Virus record (IMG/VR): IMGVR_UViG_3300020196_000003
DNA: 64,000 nt
Strand: one strand, 5' to 3'
Origin: a virus
Shown: positions 20,320 to 31,200 of the stretch, one piece after another
How the letters are laid out: each line of letters begins with the position of its first letter
Position numbering within the stretch: position 1 is the first letter of the stretch
Program-made: the position numbers and the translations under genes
Notes under the pieces: generated by a model
Told to the model about the DNA's origin: nothing
What the model saw: only the letters and a program-made list of their open reading frames with translations
Database searches by the model: none

Positions 20320-22179
20320 TTATACTATTTCACAAGCTCCACCCGCACAAGCGGCTTCACCACTAAGGTTTGTATTATCTTGTAATTCGATTACTTTTGT
20401 TAAATCTACATCTGATAATGTTTTAATCAAGCGGTCGAAATCTTCTTCTGTACAATCTTCAAATGGTGCTTGAGTGTATGTTCCTCCATTATATGGTAAC
20501 ACAGATAAACCATTATAAAATTTTCTGTTGTTCCACATCCAATCCCCAACTAAATCCCACTCGTCTTCTTTAATTGAAACCGTCGCTGATACGTTGTGTG
20601 AGTTTTGACCTCCTCTGTGTCCAAATTTGATCCACTCTTGAGATACTTTTTTAACACGTTCCAACATTTGGAATACTGACTCGTGACGAAAAATAGATCC
20701 TTCAGGTGACTTTTGTGGGATTGTAATTACCGCAGTGTCATGAGGTCTAAAGAACTCATCTTCAACTAACTGAGGGTGATTGATTGCCAAGTAAGAATAG
20801 ATTGCTTCGTTTTTACCAACACGAATTCTTCTTAAATAGAAATTATTATGCCAAGCGTGAATACCTGAAGATGTACCTAAAACCAAAGATGAAGTTCCTG
20901 ATGGTTTAACAGTTGTTGTTCTTGCCGCCTTGTTGATTCCAATAAGATTAACAACTCTTTCATTTTCTTGTTTAACAGCAATCGCCGCAGCTTTCATATC
21001 ATAACCCAAAACAACACCTGATCCAATACCTGTCATACCAACTCCGATAAGAGCGTCTTTTTCGGTTGTTCTTTTCCAAACATCACGAAGATAGTGGAAA
21101 TCTGTGTAACCTGCTTGGAGTGTCCCGATAAATGCCGCCCCTTTAACTCTTTTTTCAAAGTCTTCTTGAGATTCGATGTCAGACGCATTTACCTCACACA
21201 AGTTACAGAACTGATAGGGACGAAGACCGATTTCACAACAAGGATTAGTTCCCCAGTCTTTATCGTTTGATAAATAGATTCCAGGTTCTCCCGCTCCTGA
21301 CAACTCGATTCGTTTCCAAAGGTCCATAAAATAATCTTTAGTAACTTTGTGACGAAGAAGAACTGCTGAGTTATTTGCTCTACCTCTTTGGGGATTTGAT
21401 TCCCACCAACCTCCAGACTTACAAGAAATCATTTCATCATCATCTGCCGAGAATAGTGAAATCAAAGCCGCTCTGCGAATACCACCTGCTAATACTGAAT
21501 CTGCAATATGGCAAATAATATCGTGGGTTTCAATAGGTGAGAGTTTTTCACCGTCAACTTTGTTTTCAAATACTTTGATAATGTTATGAATACAATCTTT
21601 TAATGGTTGTGGTCCAGGAGCTTTTCCTCCTGATGTAACCAACAATGCACCCTTTTGACGGATATCTGAAAAGTCAAAAATTGGTGTTGATGATTTAACA
21701 CCTAAATAAGATTCGATCAATACTTTGATTGCATCAGCCCACCCTTCAATGCTATCCCCGATTAAATATCTTCTTGTTCTATTTGGATTCGGTTTTTTAA
21801 TTTCAGGTAGTTTTTCTACGTGATGTTTTTGAACTGAAAATCCTACACCTGTACCACCTAACAATAAAAACATTGTTTCTGAAAATGCATCAAAGTGGTC
21901 AATTGGCATGTATGCACAGTTATAAATTCGGTTTGGTGAGATTTCAATTGGTTTTCCACCAAATTGTAAAGATCTCATTGAAGGTAAGATTTTTTTATCA
22001 TATACCATTTGATAAACTTCTTCGATCTCATCTTTAATTTGTGGGTATTTCTTTTGGTGCATTTGTTTGTTTCTTGTCACCAGTTCTTCCCACGTTTCTC
22101 GTCTGTTTTTTTCAGGAAGAAACTTTGCGTATTTCATATACACCGTGATATCACTTAATATTCTTTGCGAAATATCCAT
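20320..22179 (-). CDS. nrdJ: Class II (B12-dependent, monomeric) ribonucleotide reductase
   Basis: LPSMRSLQFGG, IYNC, GTNPCCEI active site, TVKPSGT and C-terminal ACAGGACE; no small-subunit gene nearby. Confidence 0.88.
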   Translation of the reverse strand: MDISQRILSDITVYMKYAKFLPEKNRRETWEELVTRNKQMHQKKYPQIKDEIEEVYQMVYDKKILPSMRSLQFGGKPIEISPNRIYNCAYMPIDHFDAFSETMFLLLGGTGVGFSVQKHHVEKLPEIKKPNPNRTRRYLIGDSIEGWADAIKVLIESYLGVKSSTPIFDFSDIRQKGALLVTSGGKAPGPQPLKDCIHNIIKVFENKVDGEKLSPIETHDIICHIADSVLAGGIRRAALISLFSADDDEMISCKSGGWWESNPQRGRANNSAVLLRHKVTKDYFMDLWKRIELSGAGEPGIYLSNDKDWGTNPCCEIGLRPYQFCNLCEVNASDIESQEDFEKRVKGAAFIGTLQAGYTDFHYLRDVWKRTTEKDALIGVGMTGIGSGVVLGYDMKAAAIAVKQENERVVNLIGINKAARTTTVKPSGTSSLVLGTSSGIHAWHNNFYLRRIRVGKNEAIYSYLAINHPQLVEDEFFRPHDTAVITIPQKSPEGSIFRHESVFQMLERVKKVSQEWIKFGHRGGQNSHNVSATVSIKEDEWDLVGDWMWNNRKFYNGLSVLPYNGGTYTQAPFEDCTEEDFDRLIKTLSDVDLTKVIELQDNTNLSGEAACAGGACEIV

Positions 22180-22195
22180 TTTAATTTTTTTTTAA

Positions 22196-23587
22196 TTAAT
22201 TATTTGTTTGATTTTGGGAGTCCTTTTGTTTCCTTTTTTCAAGTAACTCTCTAACTCTTTGTCTTTGTCTTTCCTCTTTTTGTTCTTCTAACCCTAAGAA
22301 AGTCATAGAGCTTTCAGTATCAATTTCAATCATTGCATTATCAAATTTACAATTTTCAAACACTACCCCATCATCACCTATTCGAGACTTTGTTATCGCG
22401 ATGGTTGCCAACTTTAATTCTTTTTGTTGCAACGTTTTAGCCACCGAGATAATAACATGTCCGACTTGTGCTTTTTTAATTGATCCACCCATTTGATCGG
22501 TCGTTACAAGTTCTGAAGATATTGATGACCTATTTCCTTGAGTTGCGGTCCATCCAACTAAGTTCATTTCGTGACACATAGCCTCGAATGCTCTCATAAC
22601 AGATCCTTCACTTTTCCACTCATCACCTAAGTTTTTGTCAGGAACAATACAATCAATATAGTCTAAAACAACCATATCAATTTTAATTCCTTCGGAAACC
22701 ATTTTTCTAATTTGATTTTTAATTTGTAACATCGTGAGTGTATCAGATGGAAGTTTTTTCAAAATAAGTTTGTTTGGCATCTTGTCGTGGATCTCTGTAA
22801 CCGTATTCATAACATCTTTCTTTTTTTCTGACAAATCATCAGGATGAATCTTTGTCCATAATGTGAAGTGTTTTCTTTGTATTACTTTTGGGTTGTCTTC
22901 GAAAAAGATTTGTAAAACATTGAAACCAAGGTTAAATGCGTGGTTTGAGATTTTGGTTAGTACCGTAGATTTTCCAACACCAGTTGGTGCTAAAATAACT
23001 CCGATTTCACCTTTAGCCAAACCACCTTTTAATAGTCTGTCAATTCCAGATATACCCATAGGTATAGGATGTCTATAATCATCTTCGAGAACTTGATCAA
23101 GGTTTGAGAATACGTCTAACATTGACGTATCTTTTGCTCCGACCTGAAGGGCCGTTTTTACCATTTCTTCGAGAGTGTCATAGTTTTCAAACTCGCCCCC
23201 ATCAATGATCTTCTGTGCTTTTCCCATAACCTTTTGAAGTTCTTGTTGTTTACAGAATTTCAATGCTTTTTCTTGAACAAAACCTACTCCATCAATAGGT
23301 GCATCTTTAATTTTTTTAATTGTGTCTAAGACAATCTTCGATGCCGTTGCCTGTTGTAGTTCAGATTTGCTTATTTGTTCAAGTGTTTCAAAAGACGGTG
23401 TGTGATCGTATTTTAGGTAATACTCTTTTACCATTTGAATTAATATTTTAAAATACTTGTTTTCAAAATAACTGTTTTCGATAACATCAAGAATGGAGTG
23501 TGAAAAGTCTTTATCTACAATAATTTGATTTAATAGTTGTAATTGAAAAGTGTTTCCTAAATACTCAAAATTTTTACTTGTCGCCAT
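22196..23587 (-). CDS. Replicative DNA helicase (DnaB / T4 gp41-like)
   Basis: Walker A APTGVGKS, Walker B VVLDYID, WTATQGNR and KSR motifs. Confidence 0.9.
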   Translation of the reverse strand: MATSKNFEYLGNTFQLQLLNQIIVDKDFSHSILDVIENSYFENKYFKILIQMVKEYYLKYDHTPSFETLEQISKSELQQATASKIVLDTIKKIKDAPIDGVGFVQEKALKFCKQQELQKVMGKAQKIIDGGEFENYDTLEEMVKTALQVGAKDTSMLDVFSNLDQVLEDDYRHPIPMGISGIDRLLKGGLAKGEIGVILAPTGVGKSTVLTKISNHAFNLGFNVLQIFFEDNPKVIQRKHFTLWTKIHPDDLSEKKKDVMNTVTEIHDKMPNKLILKKLPSDTLTMLQIKNQIRKMVSEGIKIDMVVLDYIDCIVPDKNLGDEWKSEGSVMRAFEAMCHEMNLVGWTATQGNRSSISSELVTTDQMGGSIKKAQVGHVIISVAKTLQQKELKLATIAITKSRIGDDGVVFENCKFDNAMIEIDTESSMTFLGLEEQKEERQRQRVRELLEKRKQKDSQNQTNN

Positions 23588-23620
23588 ATGTTTTTTTCCT
23601 GTTGGTAAAAATAAATAGTC

Positions 23621-24070
23621 TTAGTTTTTAATAAATTCAGAATAAAAATAATTATATTTTTTACCTGAAAAAATGTCAGTAAGTGACGCAAGTATGTTTT
23701 TTAACTTTGGCCGTAGGTCTACGGTATATCTGACCTTTGGAGGATAAACTTTAGCATCAAACTCACGCTGACAAATTGTCATGTCTCCAAGTTTAATTAT
23801 CAAGTTAAAATTTTCAGGACCTTCAGTAATTGATGTGTCTAACACATTAGGATTCTCAAAAATTTCATATTGATTATCTAACATATAAGTTACCGATCTC
23901 ATTTTTAAATCATACTTGAGTTCATTACATAAACTTGTAATGTGTTCATAAAACTCTTCAGATTTATGAGCGTTCTTATTAAACCCTCTAACATTAAAAA
24001 ATCGTTGAACTACAATGTTGTTATTACACATTAACAAAAATTCTAATTTTGTTATATCCTGGTCTTTCAT
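23621..24070 (-). CDS. Hypothetical protein in replication operon
   Basis: 149-aa ORF coupled to the exonuclease gene (ATGA overlap). Confidence 0.6.
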   Translation of the reverse strand: MKDQDITKLEFLLMCNNNIVVQRFFNVRGFNKNAHKSEEFYEHITSLCNELKYDLKMRSVTYMLDNQYEIFENPNVLDTSITEGPENFNLIIKLGDMTICQREFDAKVYPPKVRYTVDLRPKLKNILASLTDIFSGKKYNYFYSEFIKN

Positions 24071-25089
24071 TTGTTTGTTTTATTTTTGTTATTTCTAAAT
24101 TTTTGTTTTTCTTTTCTTGTTAATTTTAGGAATGGTTTTAAAAAACTTACCCAAGCGTCGTCACCCTTCGGTAAGTATTTAAAAAACCCGTCCTCCATCA
24201 TCATTCGAATTAGATTTCTATACCCTCTTCCGTCGGGATCCATCGACTCTGAGTAATATAGTCCAACTAATTCTTTTTCCTCTTCATTTAAAAGGGGGTT
24301 ATCCAAGTTAACAAGTTTTTCGTTGATTACAAAAAACTCATCACCAAAAATACCCTCTTTTGTTTTCCCACTGAGGAGGTTATGAAGAACAACGTTTTCT
24401 TTTTCTTCTTTTAAAAGTTTTTCACTCTTTTGTAAAATATATACTAATTCAACATGTTGTTCAAGTAACTCAGGAAACATTTTAATTAAAGTTTTCTCAC
24501 CAAGATAGAATATACCATCAATATTGTCGGAGATATCTCCTGTGAGTATTTTAATTGTTTTAACATTATAGTGAGGGACTTCGATATCGTGAAGTTTTAT
24601 TTTATCTCCCAACTTATAATATTTTTTTGTGGATGGTGAATAAATCGAAACTTTTTCGTCAATCAGTTGAGTCAAATCTCTGTCACTCGAAAAGATTGTT
24701 TTTTCTTCGTCTAAAGAGACTTTGCAGTACTGAGCAATTAAGTCATCAGCTTCTGCATGTTCTGTCTCCAGTTGTCTTACAAACATCTCCTCAAGGTATT
24801 GTTTAACCCTTTGTTTTTGTTCCAAAAAAGATTCTTCTTTCAATTCCGTTTCAGATGATTTACGGTTTAACTTATACTTGGGATAAATTAATCTTCTCTG
24901 AGTCGATGAAGTTTTAGAGTCCCAAAGAACAACAACTTTATTGTAGTTATGTTCTTCGAGGAATTTGCGAAGAGTGTTTATAAAGTGCCATACACCACCA
25001 ACATGTTTTCCATTATGATAGAAATCTCTAACACCATGAAATCCAATTTTCAATAAATTATTTCCATCTACTAATAATGTTTTGGACAC
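24067..25089 (-). CDS. 5'-3' exonuclease / flap endonuclease (T4 RNase H-like)
   Basis: LLVDGNNL, YKLNR, EADDLIA, SSDRDLTQL and GDISDNIDGI..GEKT motifs; GTG start. Confidence 0.92.
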   Translation of the reverse strand: MSKTLLVDGNNLLKIGFHGVRDFYHNGKHVGGVWHFINTLRKFLEEHNYNKVVVLWDSKTSSTQRRLIYPKYKLNRKSSETELKEESFLEQKQRVKQYLEEMFVRQLETEHAEADDLIAQYCKVSLDEEKTIFSSDRDLTQLIDEKVSIYSPSTKKYYKLGDKIKLHDIEVPHYNVKTIKILTGDISDNIDGIFYLGEKTLIKMFPELLEQHVELVYILQKSEKLLKEEKENVVLHNLLSGKTKEGIFGDEFFVINEKLVNLDNPLLNEEEKELVGLYYSESMDPDGRGYRNLIRMMMEDGFFKYLPKGDDAWVSFLKPFLKLTRKEKQKFRNNKNKTNK

Positions 25090-25110
25090 TTCCTGAAAAT
25101 TAAATGATTT

Positions 25111-26118
25111 CTACTCTACTTCTTCTTTTTCTGTTTTCAGATCAAAGTCACCATCAACTCCGATTATATCTTTCCAATAGTCAGCATACTCTTTCTTATA
25201 CTTTTCTATTGATGCCTTTTCTTCGGTTGTATCTTTACCGGGTAAAAATCCGTGGGGAGTTACAATAATTCTTCCGTCTTCAAAACCAAGACCATTAATG
25301 TGGTTTTTCATAACTGACACTTTTGTCCTTGAAGCAAACTTTACAGTCCTCTTATCTTTTGTTGCTGTGATCTTTGTTGTACCAGCACCTTTTTGATTAC
25401 CAAATAAGAACACCAAAGAGGAATTTAACCAAATTGCTTCACCACCTTTTGCCTTAATTTTTGGTTGACCAAAAGGATTATCGGGCAACTCTACCCATGG
25501 TTGGTTAACCACTATCAAAGTATTTTCGTGTTTGGAATCTGATTTACGAGATCCTGAAATTCTTTGGTTAATACCCATACCGATTTTGTCGGCCAATGCT
25601 GCTGCATTGTGTTGTTTTCCACCTCGCCCTTCATAAGTCATTTTACATGGAACTGATCCGACTGAATCCCACACTATACAAAGTGAATAATCTAACTCAC
25701 CTTTTTCTTGTGCATCCAATAAATCGTTTATATATTCCGTAATTTGTTCAATGTAGTCGAAGTTATTATTAAATAAGAAAAATCCATCCCATGTTAATTC
25801 ACCCGTTTCTTCATCTACCACTTCTTCACAGTCAAGTCCCATAAGTTTGGAGTGTTCAAAAGACCACTTCTGTTCAGTAATAATAAAAACAGGAAGAATA
25901 CCCTTTTTTTGTGCGTCAACTGCAGTTTTAATAAGTGCAGTAGTTTTTCCTGTATCCGAGTGACCGAGCAACATATTCAAGTGTCCTATTGCAGGACCAG
26001 GTAATCCAACCGCATCAAGGAATTCTGAACCAAGATCAAAAAATCTTTGTGGTTTATATTTTGCGTCCGCAGAGAACTTCTTTTTTATCGAAGTAAAGTC
26101 ATTTTTCTTAAGAGCCAT
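25111..26118 (-). CDS. uvsX: RecA/UvsX-like recombinase
   Basis: GHSDTGKTT Walker A, IVWDSVG Walker B, VVNQ, KGGEAI and KNH. Confidence 0.85.
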   Translation of the reverse strand: MALKKNDFTSIKKKFSADAKYKPQRFFDLGSEFLDAVGLPGPAIGHLNMLLGHSDTGKTTALIKTAVDAQKKGILPVFIITEQKWSFEHSKLMGLDCEEVVDEETGELTWDGFFLFNNNFDYIEQITEYINDLLDAQEKGELDYSLCIVWDSVGSVPCKMTYEGRGGKQHNAAALADKIGMGINQRISGSRKSDSKHENTLIVVNQPWVELPDNPFGQPKIKAKGGEAIWLNSSLVFLFGNQKGAGTTKITATKDKRTVKFASRTKVSVMKNHINGLGFEDGRIIVTPHGFLPGKDTTEEKASIEKYKKEYADYWKDIIGVDGDFDLKTEKEEVE

Positions 26119-26339
26119 TATAGTCCGTGAATTTTAAAATTTGCGATTGTTTCTAACTTATCTTTTGCATTTGTCATCTGCTCAACTAAGTTATCCATTT
26201 CTTCTGTATGTTGTGGATGTTCTCCAATACCAACAGGATTTGTGAAATAAATATAAAGTCTTGCTTCTGCATCTGCGATTTCTGCCTCATATTTTTTTAC
26301 AAGGGCTTCTTGTAATTTTTCTACCATAAAAGGGTTCAT
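26118..26339 (-). CDS. Small helical phage protein (start likely MNPFM at 26339)
   Basis: YFTNPVGIGEHPQ motif flanked by coiled-coil. The longer upstream start overlaps a terminator hairpin. Confidence 0.65.
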   Translation of the reverse strand: MNPFMVEKLQEALVKKYEAEIADAEARLYIYFTNPVGIGEHPQHTEEMDNLVEQMTNAKDKLETIANFKIHGL

Positions 26340-26362
26340 AATTTGTTTTTTAAAAATATAAA

Positions 26363-26396
26363 CAAAAAAGGGCACTTTGTATATAAAAAGTACCCA
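26363..26396 (-). terminator. Putative terminator downstream of SSB gene
   Basis: - strand GGGTACTTT...AAAGTGCCC hairpin followed by TTTTTT. Confidence 0.6.
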
Positions 26397-26409
26397 ATTT
26401 TTTGTGTGA

Positions 26410-27273
26410 TTAAAACGGTAATTGTTCGTCGATTTCGTCTTCTAACTGTGGGTCATTGACTTCGTTAATTAGTTTAGAAGTTGATTTTCCTCCTAAAGAA
26501 ACTTCTGAAGTTTCATCATTCGAATAAACATACCCACCTTTTTCTGAGTCCCAACGTGGAGTTTCTCCTCGTGCAATTGCTTCGAGATATTCAACAGGTT
26601 TTTTAGAGTATACATCTTCCCAAGTCATTCCGTCCTCAACCCATTCTTTACCTTGAGTGACATCATTTGAAATTGATGATGGATCGTCATACATTACTGT
26701 TTGAATTACCGTATAAGTCGCTCCTTTCGGAGTTTTTGCTTTAGTCAATTCTAAAATAAGGTCTCGACCATTATCAGGATCTGTAATATCACCTTTAGCC
26801 TTCCAAATAGGAATAATTTTGTCAAGGATTCCTTCTTGTTTGTAGTTGTGTTTGAAACGCCAAAATTTTACTCCGTCTTGTTCGTTGTCACGATCAATAA
26901 CTTTAACAATGTAAAACTTCCGAGCTTTGTATTGTTTTGCAAGTTCTTTATCAGACTCTCTACCCGTTGATATAAGTTCTTCATAAACCTCATTCAAGGG
27001 TGAACGCTCATTATCATTTTTTGATGGATCATAAAATTTTTGCCATTTTCCGTCCACTTGAACTTCGTGGAACCATACTTCTTTAAACGGTGAAGATCCG
27101 TCGGACGTTGGTAAGATTCTAAGTTTTCTTTGTCCTTGTTTTTCATTGTCTTTCAAAAGAGCCGCAAAGTATTTCTTCATTCGGTCTTCAGATGACATTT
27201 TTAATGTAGTGTTAGAACTACTTTGTGATTTTTCGTACTGCGCAAGTACTGCGTTTAGTGAATTTGTCGCCAT
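26410..27273 (-). CDS. Single-stranded DNA-binding protein (T4 gp32-like)
   Basis: LRILP, DITDPDNGRDL and acidic C-terminal tail ending EDEIDEQLPF; upstream of the recombinase. Confidence 0.8.
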   Translation of the reverse strand: MATNSLNAVLAQYEKSQSSSNTTLKMSSEDRMKKYFAALLKDNEKQGQRKLRILPTSDGSSPFKEVWFHEVQVDGKWQKFYDPSKNDNERSPLNEVYEELISTGRESDKELAKQYKARKFYIVKVIDRDNEQDGVKFWRFKHNYKQEGILDKIIPIWKAKGDITDPDNGRDLILELTKAKTPKGATYTVIQTVMYDDPSSISNDVTQGKEWVEDGMTWEDVYSKKPVEYLEAIARGETPRWDSEKGGYVYSNDETSEVSLGGKSTSKLINEVNDPQLEDEIDEQLPF

Positions 27274-27307
27274 GTGTAATTAAAAATTTAAAGTTTATGT
27301 GTAAAAA

Positions 27308-27336
27308 AGTATAAGTATATAGAAAGGTTTTGTCAA
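27308..27336 (-). promoter_or_regulatory. Sigma70-consensus promoter upstream of the SSB/recombination operon
   Basis: - strand TTGACA-N17-TATACT, ending 34 nt before the SSB ATG. Confidence 0.6.
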
Positions 27337-27351
27337 TTGGTGTTGAAAAAA

Positions 27352-28023
27352 TTAAGAGTTATATTTGTTCAATAATATGTCGTCTTCATCGTCCATCGGT
27401 TCATTGAAAGATTTTTCAATTTCAGATGGGCTAAAACTTTCAACTTCATCTTGTGTTAGTACGTACTCATTTTTTCCCGTTTTCTCCATTTCTTGTTGTT
27501 TATCTTGGAAAAAGTCGGCCAAATTTTGTTTGAATGGCCCTGAGTCTAGTGATCTTAGTTGTAATTTTTCTTGAGCCGTCTTTGGTCTATATTTTTCGAC
27601 CTTTGTGTCTAATGTGTCAAGTTTAGAGACAATAGAATCCATTTCCGCCAATTTTTCTTCCATTTTTTTTATTTGGTCGAACAAATTAGTAAAATATTCT
27701 TCTTGTTTATCTGCCATCGTTTTTTGTGAATCAACCAAGTCTGTTATGTCAAGTTCTTCAGTTTCTCCTTCGGCCCCTTCCTCCCCTTCGACTGGTACTT
27801 CTTCAACATCAGGATCTGTTTTAGGATCTATAGGTGCCCCCTCAGCTTCGGCTGGCGGTGTGGGTGGTGCTCCTGCCGCTGCTGGATCTACGGGTGGTGC
27901 TCCTGCCGCTAACGGATCCGCAGCTGGTTCTGCGGGTGGTGGTGGAACCTCTTGTTCCATTATGTAATTGTTGATAGACCTATATCTAGCAAGTTCATTT
28001 AATATTTTTTCGTCTAATTTCAT
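27352..28023 (-). CDS. Acidic Pro/Ala-rich coiled-coil protein, putative head-internal or scaffold-like
   Basis: N-terminal ILNE...IMEQ, low-complexity PPPPAEPAADP tract, then coiled coil. Confidence 0.5.
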   Translation of the reverse strand: MKLDEKILNELARYRSINNYIMEQEVPPPPAEPAADPLAAGAPPVDPAAAGAPPTPPAEAEGAPIDPKTDPDVEEVPVEGEEGAEGETEELDITDLVDSQKTMADKQEEYFTNLFDQIKKMEEKLAEMDSIVSKLDTLDTKVEKYRPKTAQEKLQLRSLDSGPFKQNLADFFQDKQQEMEKTGKNEYVLTQDEVESFSPSEIEKSFNEPMDDEDDILLNKYNS

Positions 28024-28024
28024 T

Positions 28025-28249
28025 TTATCCGTTTAGTAAAGTTTTTATACCATGGTTGGTTTCTACTTGTATTTTTTTGAATGTTTTCATAGTATTGTCA
28101 ACTCGTTCAATTAAACCGTCTTTTATTCGAACTGTGTAACAATCTCCAGTATCAAGGTCACAAACTTGTTTAGTTCCGTCACCCATGTCTTTCTCGGAAA
28201 CTCTTGTGTTTTTACCAAGATAATTATCCAATATCATTTTTGTACTCAT
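28025..28249 (-). CDS. Hypothetical protein
   Basis: 74-aa ORF with CDLDTGDC, preceded by TATTTATA. Confidence 0.65.
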   Translation of the reverse strand: MSTKMILDNYLGKNTRVSEKDMGDGTKQVCDLDTGDCYTVRIKDGLIERVDNTMKTFKKIQVETNHGIKTLLNG

Positions 28250-28270
28250 ATCGTTTTTTATTTATAAATA

Positions 28271-31200
28271 TCATGTTATTGTAAAAGTTTGAACTGTTAA
28301 AAAAGCATTGTTAGCTTTTAGGAACTCATCTCTTAAACTTAATTTTTCTTGTTCGGTTAGTGTGGTGTAAACATTAGGTGGTTGTTCGACCGGGTAATTT
28401 AATACATACATTTTTGCAATAGCCGAAGAAACACCTTCTCTAGTGTTAAAATCAAAATTATTTTGTTCTGCTTTTAATAAAGTTAAGATTGGACTAGTTT
28501 TATCTACAAGAAATTTTACAAAATCTTCAAACGAATTAAAAGCAGCAATTGGTAAATTTGAATTTGTTCCTCTTGTAACACAAAAATAATTTTTCTTGAT
28601 TAAATTAATAAAGTTCGGTCCGTATATTTCTTTAAGGTTTATTGTATTGTAATTATGCTCGTATGAAAATATACCGTTTTCTTTACCTGAATCTACATAT
28701 ACAAAACTAAAGGCCATGTTTGCAATAACAGCAGTTGTTTCACCTGTTGCCGAATAACCGCTTGCAATTAACTGTTTTTTAATCTGTTCGAATAACTGTT
28801 TTATAGTTTGTGTGGTTGGTTTCGGTGTATCGAGTCCAGTATACTTTAAGTATATAGGATTTATATTTTCAACACAATCTTGATTTTTAGTTAATGTTTC
28901 CTCTGATTTAATATTAGACAAAATATTATCTTTTTGTGCTAATACATTTTTGGAACTTTCTCTTTCTTTTTTCTCGTTCTGTTGGATTCTTGTTTGAATT
29001 GTTTCTAAAATTTTAATATTAAGTGTTTGTAAAAAATTATCAATTTTTGGAAGAGAGTAAAAAGGTTGTCTTGTTCCTTGAAAATTAGTAGTAAAATTTT
29101 CCTCAGATATATCGTGTGTGATTTTGGTAATCATATAAGGTCCTGAAAACATTGGAACATTTCTTATATTAAAATACATCATAGGTTGTATCAAAGCACA
29201 ACCCATCATATCCACACTACATTCATAACTTCTATTTTTATATAAATTATATAAAGACACTGACTGTGTTGTAGATCTTCTGTTTCCACCTAAATTTGCC
29301 ATCTGATTTAGCATTTCTAGTGACTCAGCGGTCGGTTTACCAGGTGTTTGATTTACAGCAAAACTTTTGAAAATTTGTTGGTTTGGTCTTGTAATGTCGA
29401 CATTAAATCCAACAACTTTATTTGATTTGTCCCAATCTTTTTTATAAGACTGATTTTCTTGCAAAGGATTATCACTAGCCCTTCTCAAATCAAACGCATC
29501 ATCTCTATATCTATAATCTATATTATCTTTCATGTCTAAGTGTTCGCTTGGTTTATTTGCATAGTAGCATAAAAATTTGGGAGAACTGTTTCTATAGTCA
29601 ACATTCAAAAACGTTCCAAAAAGTGTGTTACCAAATTCTAATGTTCCATCAGGTCTTGGTGTTGGGTTTTTTTGCGTGTCTTGTACGTTGTAAAAATTAA
29701 CATATGATGGCAACATAAAATATTGAAAGTTATTCTGAACTAAAATAGTCGTAATCATATCTAACAAAGTGTTTTTATAACTTCCATCTTTTATAAGATC
29801 TTGGATTAAAAAAATGTCAACAATAATTTTATCTCCAACATTTCTACTTGCCCGGTCAACCAGCATCACATCCTCAAAAAGTGTTTTGTTTTGGAAATCA
29901 AAACCCGCAATCCAACTATCGTTTAAAGCCTTGAATGTTTCCCATAGTTCAGTTCTTGTTTGTTCCGTAAATCCGGCTTCCAAATTAGCCCTATTTTCGG
30001 CAAATTCTTGATTTATTAGAACTGAAGGTAAGTTTTTTCTAACTTGTGGTAACATAACATTAATTACATTACCAATATAATTATCAGATTCTATAATATA
30101 ACTATCCATTAAATTGTAGAAAGATGTTAGATTTAAATTATTCTTTTTTAATTTTTCGCTAGCGTAAAGTTTAATAATAGGTGCAAAGTCTTCAACATTT
30201 TTTTCATTAAACTGCACGTTCATATCAATAAAAAAATCAGTAATGTAAGATCCATTATTTTTATATTCCAATTCAGGAATTGATGATGTCCCAACATAGT
30301 TTAATAATTTTTTCCATGTCTCAGGACTTTGCTGTTGCGATGCCGATAACGATACTTGAGGCGGAAGTGTTCCATTTTCGTACGGACCATATATAAATGG
30401 ATCTTCTAAAAATCTTGTCGAAAAAGTCAGATACAATCTTCTGTTAAACTGTGTTGGGTTACCAAATTTGAAAACTATATCATAGTTCATGAAACCTGAT
30501 AAGACTTGTTGAAACTGAGTATTTTGACTTGCGATTATTTCTGTGAGTTTCGTTTCTGGCGAAGTTCCTGTTGGCGTTTGAATTTTCAGGAGTTCTCTCA
30601 TCAGTCCCTGAAAATTTTTATATGTTTGGTCACTAACTATTGTTTTGAAGTTCGGTTGATTATTACTTACTTGTGTGTAGGACCCATCCTGATTTTTCAT
30701 AACATTTAATTGTGTTAATGATTCAGAATTTGTTGTAGGTGGTAGTGTGTCGACATAGTCGTATATAGATCTACTAAAATTTAAAAATTCTGATTCAAAT
30801 AAATCCAAAGTTTTAATGTCAAAAGTTGTAAACAACTCTTCAAAATTTGTATAGTCATTTTGTTTTCCAGTAATCAAAAAGTTTTGTTGATCTTTTTGTT
30901 CGTTAAGAATTTGTTTTAAATATGTAATTGGATTATTTTTTTTGACTTGTGAATTATTGAACCATCCATATTGTGGAGCATTCCAAAATAACCTTACAGT
31001 TCCGTTGAACATAGATGGGTTATCAAATAGTTCTTTTTTCATGTTACCGTTTCGGAAAGTCTCGTCTTTTGCTTGATTAATGTTTGTACCGAAAGATGGT
31101 AAGACATAGTAACCTGTAGTATCCGTAGTTCTTACAACAACGGAATATGGCGATATTCTCATTGTTCTTAACTTGTTAGATGGGTCAAAACCAATCGATC

